In this document: one piece after another, positions 22,401-31,354 of the stretch
Layout of the letters: the number at the start of each line of letters is the position of its first letter
Position numbering within the stretch: the first letter of the stretch is position 1
DNA from: Nematocida ausubeli
Lineage: Eukaryota
Length of the DNA: 64,000 nucleotides
Direction: 5' to 3'
Assembly (NCBI RefSeq): GCF_000738915.1
Contig: NW_026515635.1
Location: 310,001 to 374,000, forward strand
Translations under genes and position numbers: made by a program
Notes under the pieces: generated by a model
What the model saw: only the letters and a program-made list of their open reading frames with translations
Databases searched by the model: none
Told to the model about the DNA's origin: nothing

Positions 22401-22861
22401 TTTTCTCTTTTACTAAGATTCCCTGTACAGTGCATAGTGCACTATCTAGTAGTCATCTACATGAATATTAGATTTACAGAAAATTAAAATATATCCAAAT
22501 ATTTCTATTTTAAAGTTGTCTCTGAACACTTTTTGCAAAAAATATCAAGAAAATAAATCAGAATAAATTTACTTTTATGAAGACCCCTAAGAAAATTGAT
22601 TTCTCATTGGATAAATCATAGTCATATGCATGTACACTGATTTTCTCTAGAATGAGATAATTATCTCCGAATATAGTACCCCTTCTTAATTAATATTATT
22701 TCTGCCATAAAATAATAAGACTCTGCATTTATTAAACTTTTCTATTCTGTGTGCACTCAAGAATAAATTTGCAAATATTCAAGAAGAAATGCATAAATTC
22801 CACTTTGGAGATATGTGCAAGTGCAGAGCATAAAAGACAATGACTATCTTCTAGACACATT

Positions 22862-24271
22862 TTAATTCCGTGATGCAGAGGTATTTGGTTCAGTGACTGT
22901 TATGGCTTCGTACTCATGCATGAATTCATTAATGGCAATAAGCGAAATAGCCCATATCCTGGTTATAGAAGGCAAGTTAGTGCGCACGTGCAAGTTAATA
23001 TATGGTCTGTCACCACCATCTATTCTTTCTACTTCTACGTTGTACTTCTTAATTCTGTACCAGATATAGTGATAGTTCTCAAAATATGTCCACATGTTGC
23101 CTGTTCCATCATCTTCTACTGCGGATACTAGCGTGAATGCAGAAAGCATATCCAAAACTATCTCTCTGTAGTCTCCTTGAATGTGTGGCAGCAAGTCTGT
23201 ATTCCTGCAGTATGTGCACGAAACCAGCTTATTCTTGTGGTTTGCAGGCAGGCCAGATACATGCCTTCCAATGTGGTTTGCATTTCTCTCACTGTAGGAT
23301 ACATCTGTGTTGTAGCTAAGCGAGCTAATTAAGTGGCTTATTCTCTCTTTGCCTGGGCAGTCCTCCTGGACTACAATCCTTTGCAAGGCCACCAGTGGTC
23401 TAGTTGCGCCCTGGAATCTTCCGTTGTTCATAATGTACTCTGCCATTAGAACATCAAGCATCCACTCAAAGGTGCCTTCTTTTCCAAAGCGTTCCATGTC
23501 ATTTTGGCTGCAGTTGTTTCCATTAATATCACACTCCAGTCTCAAGGGACTCTTTTGTATCTCTGCTAGTTCGCACTTTAAATTCTTGCTGTTTTCTGGG
23601 TTTTTGTATGCTTCCGACAAGAATCCAAGTATTTCCTCTCTGTTTTCCATGCGGGCTGGTAGTAGGTAGTGTAAATTATTCTCTAGGATTTCTGAGACTG
23701 AGAGATCTGGTTCAATGCGGCACTGATTTACCAAGTTCTGTATAAAGGTCTCTGGTCCATCAATGGATCTAAGAATGGGCGCTGCACTGTACAAAACCTC
23801 ACGCACTTTATTTTCATTGCAAATAATTTCATTGCGGTTCATTCTAACAAACTTGTCAAGCACCCTAGAAGGAACTGAGTAATTATTTCTTGAAAGTATG
23901 GATAATTTCATAGTGTTGTACTCGCTGTTTATGGTGAACCCACTCTTCTTCTCATCATTCATTTTCATCATAATTTGAAAGAGCTCGTCCTTTATGTCTG
24001 CTGTCTCTTCCTGGATTTTCTTCTTTATCCTGCTGAACTCCTTTATTTCCTCCTTCTCCAGCTCGCGGATTCGCATCAGGTTGTAGTCAATCTGTGCCTC
24101 AATGTCTCTGTAAAAAGCACTTGATTTAAGTGTGGTTTGGTATCTGAGGGAAATGAATTCTTTTCTTCTTGCGGATATGTCGCTTATAGATTTCTCAAGT
24201 GGGGCACAAAGTGCAACGGCAATCATGCACGAAATACCTGCTACTTTTAATATATGATATTTTAGAGCCAT
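22862..24271 (-). CDS. Hypothetical secreted protein (469 aa)
   Basis: Signal-peptide-like MALKYHILKVAGISCMIAVALCA; CCCC motif just upstream of the ATG; long AT-rich flanks. Confidence 0.75.
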   Translation of the reverse strand: MALKYHILKVAGISCMIAVALCAPLEKSISDISARRKEFISLRYQTTLKSSAFYRDIEAQIDYNLMRIRELEKEEIKEFSRIKKKIQEETADIKDELFQIMMKMNDEKKSGFTINSEYNTMKLSILSRNNYSVPSRVLDKFVRMNRNEIICNENKVREVLYSAAPILRSIDGPETFIQNLVNQCRIEPDLSVSEILENNLHYLLPARMENREEILGFLSEAYKNPENSKNLKCELAEIQKSPLRLECDINGNNCSQNDMERFGKEGTFEWMLDVLMAEYIMNNGRFQGATRPLVALQRIVVQEDCPGKERISHLISSLSYNTDVSYSERNANHIGRHVSGLPANHKNKLVSCTYCRNTDLLPHIQGDYREIVLDMLSAFTLVSAVEDDGTGNMWTYFENYHYIWYRIKKYNVEVERIDGGDRPYINLHVRTNLPSITRIWAISLIAINEFMHEYEAITVTEPNTSASRN

Positions 24272-24924
24272 TCTGTCAGGGGATAAAAAATAAAGAAACA
24301 GGTATTTTTGCCTAAAGTAGAAATATACTGTATATGGACATACACCAACTGCCATAACTGAACATTAAGCATAAAATAGATATTATATTTTTGTCTATTG
24401 AGATATGTGTATGTACCATATTTCTATTCAGGAATGCACTAGTGTTGGCGTGTGCATTGCATTACAGCTCAATCAACTATTCGGGACATACATGCCTGTA
24501 ACTGCTTTTCCATGCAAAAATGAATTTTAGTTTTCAGGAAGTTAATATTTAAGCTAAGATGGTGCGCAGGCAGCATAAGCTGGTCCTTTGCACAAGTACA
24601 TCTTAGACAGATAGAGCACACTGCAGTTGCATAGTGTGTGCACAGCAAGAATATTTTCGCGCAAAAGACAAAAACACTTCAGAGCATGAAAGAAAAAAAT
24701 ATCCACAGGGCTACATAGCTATATAAAGATGCAGTGAATGTGGACCCAAATAACAATAATAGAAAATATAGATTCGGGCTGATTAAGGCAGTGCCCTTTC
24801 CTTGTGCAGTATAGTATTGTGTGGTTGCAGGGTGGCTGGTTTAGCAGGAGGTGTTTGAGGGATACTGTGCGAAGATGTTTAACACAAAAACTTTGTAGCC
24901 AGCTACAAATTTATTTAATGGCAA

Positions 24925-25622
24925 CTAAACTGAATTTTGGGATGGTTTCTGAGTCTTTTGTCTTCCTTTTCTGTGTGGTCCATATCTTGACCTTTTTGGG
25001 GTGTAGGGATGCGCTACTGAGACTTCTACTTCCGTGCTCAGAGCGCCTTCCTGTTTTATAACCTCAATCTGGCCAAGTGCGATGTTCCTCTGCGACTCCG
25101 TCTCAAACTCCAAAAAGGCGTACTTCTTTTCGCTTTTCGCGGAAGTCTTGACAATAACGCCTTTAGAGTGCACCTTTTTAACCAACTCAGAGAGACTTTC
25201 CTCAGTCACCCCCAAAGACAGATTGCCAAGAAAAACCTTATACTTGTGGTTTGAATGCTCTGACTGCTCCTCCTTTGGGGCTGGCTTCCCAATAGATTCC
25301 AGATACATTAAAACACGCAGGCCCTGTATTTGAAGGTCCCCAGATGCCACAGTGCTTGCGTCCTCTTCTTTACTATATTCAACAAGAACTTTTTTCTCTT
25401 CTGTGGCATCCTCCGGGCTAGATTTACTATGTAATTTTACTGCAAGACTTAGGTTAGATATCATACTTACATTTTCCTCATGTTCAGAAACACGAACCAA
25501 TTTTATAATCACATAACTTACATTTCACCTGTATTCCTTAGCGAGTCTACAATATCAAATATTGTAAATGACTTTGGAATATCCTCAATAATTATTGTTT
25601 TGCACGATTTACTACTTGGCAT
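24925..25622 (-). CDS. Two-RRM RNA-binding protein, spliced: join(25622..25522, 25447..24925), 207 aa
   Basis: ATG at 25622 preceded by CCCC. Exon 1 encodes TIIIEDIPKSFTIFDIVDSLRNTGE; splicing gives GEILAVKLH...VLVEYSKEEDA (RRM1). RRM2 has KVFLGNLS and KYAFLEFE. Exon lengths 101+523 = 624 nt. Confidence 0.75.
25448..25521 (-). other. Putative 74-nt spliceosomal intron with internal second donor
   Basis: Minus strand GTAAGT...GTAAGT...CTAAC-CTAAG; removal restores the frame and an RRM consensus. Confidence 0.65.
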
Positions 25623-26291
25623 TGCAAGGGGTATAAAAAAATAAATATTTATAGTTTTCCAGGCAGATTCCTAAAAAAAAGAAACTGTTTTGGCATGTGA
25701 AAACCATAAATGTATATAACTCCCTACTAGTAGCTGAAATTAAAGTGCAAACTGCCTGGCACTGTGAATTTACTTAGATTATTTCTGATATATCACACCG
25801 TTTTATGTGTACTTGTATATGCAAATGCACATAGTGGCAATTTACAGCATGCGAGTGCACTATTCTTATTTCTGTGTGTCTGTTGTATGGCTTGACTTGA
25901 GTTCTATTCAAGTGATTCTGAATGTGTACAGAGTAAATTGCATATTCTCTAGGATATTTGCAGCACATCTATAATATGCTCCTTACTAATGTATTTAGTT
26001 CTTTATTCATACGGTGCGCTTATAGCTTATTTCTCCACTAATTATTCATCGTCCGATAAATTTGATATTTTAAGTTATATATTGGCTGTCTTCATGCATT
26101 GTGTTATTTTTGAATATCTTTGTAAGTTTCATGCAGCTTGAAATTATAAACTAATTCGGGTTATTCAAGAAAGTAAGGTTATAAAGACAATATTTACTGC
26201 AAACAGCACTTACTGTGTGCCTCTACAGATTAAGTCACTTACAAGAATATTTGTATTTATTATGCAGTTTATGGCACTTTTTTGGTCTCTT

Positions 26292-27167
26292 CTATTTAAT
26301 ACAAAGAGCATCCTTAAGCGTACTCTGTAAATCCCTATATCGCATGGACCCGCTGAAGGACCAGTATAAGATATCTCCCGTTCTGTCTTTGTTTGTTTCC
26401 CCACCAATGTTCTTTGTGTGGGTTATTACCATTCTTGCAGATGCTGCCTGGCTCTCTTCCTCTGTTGGGTCGTATAGGCAGTTTCCATTTACAACCGCAC
26501 AGGAGACAGTCGTAGGATAGAACTGCACAAGGTCCTTTATGCTTTTGGAAATTCTGTGTGGCTTGTTCTGGTGGTATATCTCCTCCTCCACAGTAATCCC
26601 CATGAGTGTCTTGTATATTCCTTCTGTGAGTATCTCTAATATACCGCCTTTGTCATGGAATACAGAAATGTCAAGTTTTATGCTAATTACAGCCACCTTC
26701 GGAATAATTGACAGCGTCTCCAAGGGAAGTATTTTCGACCGGTTGAATATTTTATCTAGTTCCTGTTGTATATACTTTTCATTGCAGTGTATTGTGAGAA
26801 TGCCTTGCTTAGGCTTCTCTTGCTGTGGTCTTTTGATCTCGACAGCACAGTATATCATGGCAGCTGACGAATAGAATATATTCTTCCCCAGGGCCAGATA
26901 CTTTCGCAAAAGCATTCCTTCGTTTCCAGCAGCCACACTAATAGATCTCTCCTGGTTTGTGTCCCTTCCATCTGTTCTGCTGCTTATACCTGGGGTGCCC
27001 GTTATTTTCTCTCTATTAATTGTGTAGTGCAAAGTGTTATTATCCCAACCGCAAGTGCTTCCATTTTGCACACCACCAGAGGCATCAGACTCTCTTCTGC
27101 CACTTTGCTCGCGTGCAGTGCCGTGCCCCTTTTCACATGTATTTTCACTTGTTTCTTTGTAATACAT
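26292..27167 (-). CDS. RRP45: Exosome RNase PH-like subunit (Rrp45-like)
   Basis: RTDGRDTNQERSI, LGKN, EIKRP..PKQG, LPLETLSII...IKLDISVFHDKGG, LYDPTEEE. Confidence 0.7.
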   Translation of the reverse strand: MYYKETSENTCEKGHGTAREQSGRRESDASGGVQNGSTCGWDNNTLHYTINREKITGTPGISSRTDGRDTNQERSISVAAGNEGMLLRKYLALGKNIFYSSAAMIYCAVEIKRPQQEKPKQGILTIHCNEKYIQQELDKIFNRSKILPLETLSIIPKVAVISIKLDISVFHDKGGILEILTEGIYKTLMGITVEEEIYHQNKPHRISKSIKDLVQFYPTTVSCAVVNGNCLYDPTEEESQAASARMVITHTKNIGGETNKDRTGDILYWSFSGSMRYRDLQSTLKDALCIK

Positions 27168-27204
27168 TGTATAAATATTTACTAAAATTATTTTATTTTT
27201 CTAC

Positions 27205-28215
27205 ATGGAGTGCCGGCGTATCAATACAACAGTCATTTCGTTTGATTATTCAAATTCTGACACGTTGAAGAGAAATCAGTTCCTGACTGTGATAAACTGC
27301 AAATTACCTGGAAACCAAGAAGATCTAAGCAATATATTCAGAGCCACCAATAATAACCACTTCTACTACGGGGCTGTCACAGATAGAAATACTGTTATTT
27401 GGTTTAATGTGTTCAGTTCTGCCTCCTTCCTAAAGGAGTACACGCTCTCTGTCACAGACAAAGCCACAAATATTGCGCAAATCGTAAATAACCCAAATGA
27501 CAAGATCATACGCCCAATAGAAACAGAAGAGACAGAAGGATCGTACCCTCTGACAAGCAAATCCAAAATAATCTTCACAAAAAAGTACATCATCATTGAC
27601 ACATCAAGTAAGATAATAATCTACGATGCAAATGGCACATACCATTCAGATATTGACATGGGACTGGATAGTACATCCTCAATGTATGCCTCCCTCTGCA
27701 GCAAATACCTCTTCCTGCACCTGGAGAAGGGAATGATTTGCTTATATGACATTAATGAAAAGGTCTTTGTTTATAGAAAGAGGCACCCAATAGGCACATC
27801 TTCTGTATTTGGGAATGTATTTTCGTACCTCAGATATTTCACTATTTCCAAGAACACACTTACCCTTGGAAGAGTCAGAGATGGCAGCATTCTTCTGGAG
27901 CTAACATACCCAGAGGAGCTCACTACAGCAGCCACTGACATTCTGCACAAGAAGATTGCAGTCGGGTCTGTCTCTGGGTGTGTTTATTTTACGCGCCTGG
28001 ATGGCATCCCGTGCGAGTTTTCTTCAGTGAAAGTGTCAGATGCTAAGATACAACAGTGCTTCTTCTCAAACTCAGGAAGACATATTTTTGCCTTGGTGGA
28101 GGGCCAGATTAAGGTGATTGACACGAAGGACGGGAAGGTTGTGAAGGCTATTCTGAACGAATCCAGCCAGCATATGTTTACATATACAAGCAGTAGTAAT
28201 TTGCATTTCCAATAA
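27205..28215 (+). CDS. Divergent WD40 protein, possibly Ipi3/WDR18
   Basis: Beta-propeller pattern; DGSILLELTYPEELTTAATD..KKIAVGSVSG and IKVIDTKDGKVVK resemble WDR18/Ipi3 repeats. Confidence 0.5.
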   Translation: MECRRINTTVISFDYSNSDTLKRNQFLTVINCKLPGNQEDLSNIFRATNNNHFYYGAVTDRNTVIWFNVFSSASFLKEYTLSVTDKATNIAQIVNNPNDKIIRPIETEETEGSYPLTSKSKIIFTKKYIIIDTSSKIIIYDANGTYHSDIDMGLDSTSSMYASLCSKYLFLHLEKGMICLYDINEKVFVYRKRHPIGTSSVFGNVFSYLRYFTISKNTLTLGRVRDGSILLELTYPEELTTAATDILHKKIAVGSVSGCVYFTRLDGIPCEFSSVKVSDAKIQQCFFSNSGRHIFALVEGQIKVIDTKDGKVVKAILNESSQHMFTYTSSSNLHFQ

Positions 28216-28222
28216 AAAAATA

Positions 28223-28849
28223 ATGCAGGGAGAGTGTTTACAGCTGAAGCTGCTCATAATTGGAGAAAGTAACGTGGGAAAGACCTCGATCCTCCAAAGA
28301 TTCATTGATAACAAGTTTGAAAAGACGTTCTCAACCACAATAGGAATAGATTTCAGGTCTAAGGCCATAAAAGTCGATGGAAAGGAAATTGAGCTGCAAA
28401 TATGGGACACAGCAGGACAAGAGAGATTCTTCTCAATTACAAGAAGCTATTACAGAGGCTCAGATGGAATATTTCTGACCTTTGACCTGACCTCAGAGAG
28501 CTCCTTTGCCTCCCTCACTAAGTGGATTGGGGAAATAAAGGAAAAGGTCGATGAGAAAGTCCCTGTTTTCTTGCTGGGAAACAAGAAGGACCTGCTGAAG
28601 GGCTCAGAAAGTGAAATAAACCTGCTGGCCACTGTGAGCAGAATAAAGGAGATATCTGAAGAGCTGAAGGTGCCTTGGTACAGCACAAGCGCAAAGAGTG
28701 GAGAGAACATTGAAGAAATATTTATGGATATGGCACGCACAATTCTTCATAACAAAGGTAGCTCTATTAAGAAGCCATCCAAGAAAAAGGGATTTAAGAT
28801 GTCAAAGGTCAAAGTGAGTGACATGTTTTGGTGTTTCAAATTTAAATAA
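28223..28849 (+). CDS. Rab GTPase (Sec4/Rab8/Ypt1-like)
   Basis: GESNVGKT, TIGIDF, WDTAGQERF, YYRG, GNKKD, TSAK. Confidence 0.92.
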   Translation: MQGECLQLKLLIIGESNVGKTSILQRFIDNKFEKTFSTTIGIDFRSKAIKVDGKEIELQIWDTAGQERFFSITRSYYRGSDGIFLTFDLTSESSFASLTKWIGEIKEKVDEKVPVFLLGNKKDLLKGSESEINLLATVSRIKEISEELKVPWYSTSAKSGENIEEIFMDMARTILHNKGSSIKKPSKKKGFKMSKVKVSDMFWCFKFK

Positions 28850-29487
28850 AACAGTTACTTTTTGTTATTTTTTTCTATAAAAGAATTTATTTTTTTAACC
28901 CATGGGTAAAATCTAACACTAGTTAGTCTTCATTAGCATAAGAAATTAGTCATCTGATTTTGCTACGTTCCAATGAAGTACATAAATATTACTCTGGGTG
29001 AGAGATCTATTAATATACGCATCCCTCAATAAGAGTCAATAACATTTTAATCTTAACATCCTACGATAAAGACAAAGCACATAAAGCACTTTGCATTAAT
29101 AAAATTACAATTACATGGCACTTAATAAAAAAGGACTAGAAATAAGTGCATAAAGAAGGAGGCTGGCTTAGTAGCAAAGTACAAAGGAAATGGACTATAC
29201 TTGGGCAGTCTAAAAATGCGGGCTGTAATGGCTGAGGGCATATGGCTGCATGCAGGAGAGTGTTCTGGCAATACTCCTATAGCATATATAAAGGCATGCG
29301 GCTTGAGTGGAATGCACAGAGAAGAGCACGAGTATTCAGGACATAATTATAAGCAGGTTATTGGTCATGCATATTACTTGATAAAAATACTTTTATTCTA
29401 TTGTATGGTGCGTACTGCGAATGGAACAGCAAGAAGAGTTTGAAGTCAGCTGGGGTGCTCAGGCAGATATTAAGAAAAAGGAGGAAA

Positions 29488-30801
29488 TTATTTCTTGTTC
29501 TTTTCTGCCTTTTTGAGGCATTTCTTAAGATATCTCTGGGAGCCTTTGGAAAGTGTGACTTCTTTCTTCTGCTTGTTCTTCTGCTGGCACATCTCGCGGT
29601 GTCTCTTGCTAATTTCCTCCATGGTCAAGGGAAGAGAAGACGGGCTTCCTGTGGCTTCTGCTTGCTGGGTGGTGCTTTCTGGAAGAGTATTCACTGCGGC
29701 CTCTGTGATCTGGGTAGATGGCTCACTTGGTGTGCTCTCCAAAGTGCCTGCCACAACATCTGCTGATTCTACTGCGCACACGACAGGCACGGGAAGCTTG
29801 CATGAAATGTCCTCAGAGACAGGCGCCTCAAATACTACAGCGGGCTTTTCCTTAAAGATTATAAGAGCCTCTGTGGTGTTCTCCTGAATAGGTAGCTGAA
29901 CAATGGAAACATCTGAGTGGAGTGCGTCAATTAGAGGCTTGCAGGCCTTTATAAGGGTCACTTGTCTGTTCTCAAGTAAGAGAGTGAATAATCCTTCTGG
30001 CCTTGTCTTCCATAGGTTAAAGTTCTCCTGAAGACAGGCACATGCATTTGGAATGGACTCAAGTTCTGCTAGGAATGAACCAATGCATACCTGCACTTCA
30101 ATGATGCTGCACAGAAACGAGAATGAGTATGCGAGGACGTTCTTCTCCTGTGACAAGAAATATTCATTCTTTACGGTGCTTGCAGCCTGATTGAGAAGCC
30201 ATTGTCTTCTTAGAAAGAGGTCTACTAGGAGATCTTCAATTGTTCTGTATTGTTTCTCGAGTCTGCAGTTTATCCCAGATAGAAGTAAAGCAATGGAAAT
30301 TTCACTTGCATATGCAGGTGTTAGCTCTGCAACTCTAAGCAGTGAGTTTTGTATGTCACATAAGGTGGACAAAATGAATTGCATCTCCATCCAGTTCAAG
30401 CAGTATGCCTTGAAGATGGCCCATGTGTAGAGACCTGCAAGATATTCACTTATTCCCAGTGCTACCGCGGATCTTTGTACGTCCAATGCTGGGGCCGCGC
30501 TAGACCTTCTTCTGCCAACGCACGGGAAAACTCTTCTAGCTGCTCTTGCTGCAATCCTCTTTACTTTCTTTGTGGACCTACCGACTGTAGACCTGACTTT
30601 GTGTGGAATTACATTGCGAACCATTCTGTATCCCTTTTTTACTATGGAGGATGTTCCCTTCACTGCAAATGTGGCGCCTTTGGCAACCTTCTTAGCAGCT
30701 ATTATTGGACCCTTCCAAATAAAGCTAGTAACTGCTTGAATACGAGATCTTGATTCCCTTCTTGCTGTGCTGCTCGTCTCCTGTATGTTTTCTATTTTCA
30801 T
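29488..30801 (-). CDS. Hypothetical protein with basic N-terminus and S/T/E-rich C-terminus
   Basis: 437-aa ORF from the first ATG (30801); no family recognised. Confidence 0.7.
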   Translation of the reverse strand: MKIENIQETSSTARRESRSRIQAVTSFIWKGPIIAAKKVAKGATFAVKGTSSIVKKGYRMVRNVIPHKVRSTVGRSTKKVKRIAARAARRVFPCVGRRRSSAAPALDVQRSAVALGISEYLAGLYTWAIFKAYCLNWMEMQFILSTLCDIQNSLLRVAELTPAYASEISIALLLSGINCRLEKQYRTIEDLLVDLFLRRQWLLNQAASTVKNEYFLSQEKNVLAYSFSFLCSIIEVQVCIGSFLAELESIPNACACLQENFNLWKTRPEGLFTLLLENRQVTLIKACKPLIDALHSDVSIVQLPIQENTTEALIIFKEKPAVVFEAPVSEDISCKLPVPVVCAVESADVVAGTLESTPSEPSTQITEAAVNTLPESTTQQAEATGSPSSLPLTMEEISKRHREMCQQKNKQKKEVTLSKGSQRYLKKCLKKAEKNKK

Positions 30802-31354
30802 TATGATGTCAACAAACAAACCCTTATTTTATGCATGATTTCAAAACAATCCCGTGTTTACGTGTTTTAGGTTCTTATGCAGGGTCTAAAAGTTTGTTTA
30901 TCCAAGAAAAAATGAAAATATGCAGCAGTGATATATCACAGATCACACCTCTGAGTCACTCCATACAGGTGCGAACACATTTGGCATGCACATCCATTCC
31001 TATATCTTTATTATTAATTGTTTATTTTCATGTAACCCTAAATACTAAAACACTTCATTAATTAAAACCTTAATTTGTTTCAGACCTGCTCTATGTATTC
31101 ATTCTAGAATGAATTCTTTTCTGCACGTGAATTCCTGCAAAGTGTGCCTCTAGTAGCATAATTATACAATAAAGTGTTTGCTAAAGCAAGGCCCTATGCA
31201 GCAATACATAAAAATGTCTCTTAACCCATGGAAGACAAGCCAGTAATTATTTAAAAGACTTGAGTGGGTAGTGAATATTTGTCTAGTATTTTAGTACCTT
31301 TAAGAAAAAAGCTGTGCTTAAGTTACTTCTAGCATTTTATTTAAATTGCCGCAT

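Noticed and set aside
25440..25470. 31-nt intron GTAAGT...TTGCAG using the stronger-looking CAG acceptor
   Set aside because: With either donor, splicing to this CAG leaves in-frame stops; only the upstream AAG acceptor restores the RRM.
28893..28910. Imperfect palindrome around CCATGG downstream of Rab
   Set aside because: Short and AT-flanked; CCATGG is common in these intergenic regions; no terminal repeats or target duplication to suggest a mobile element.
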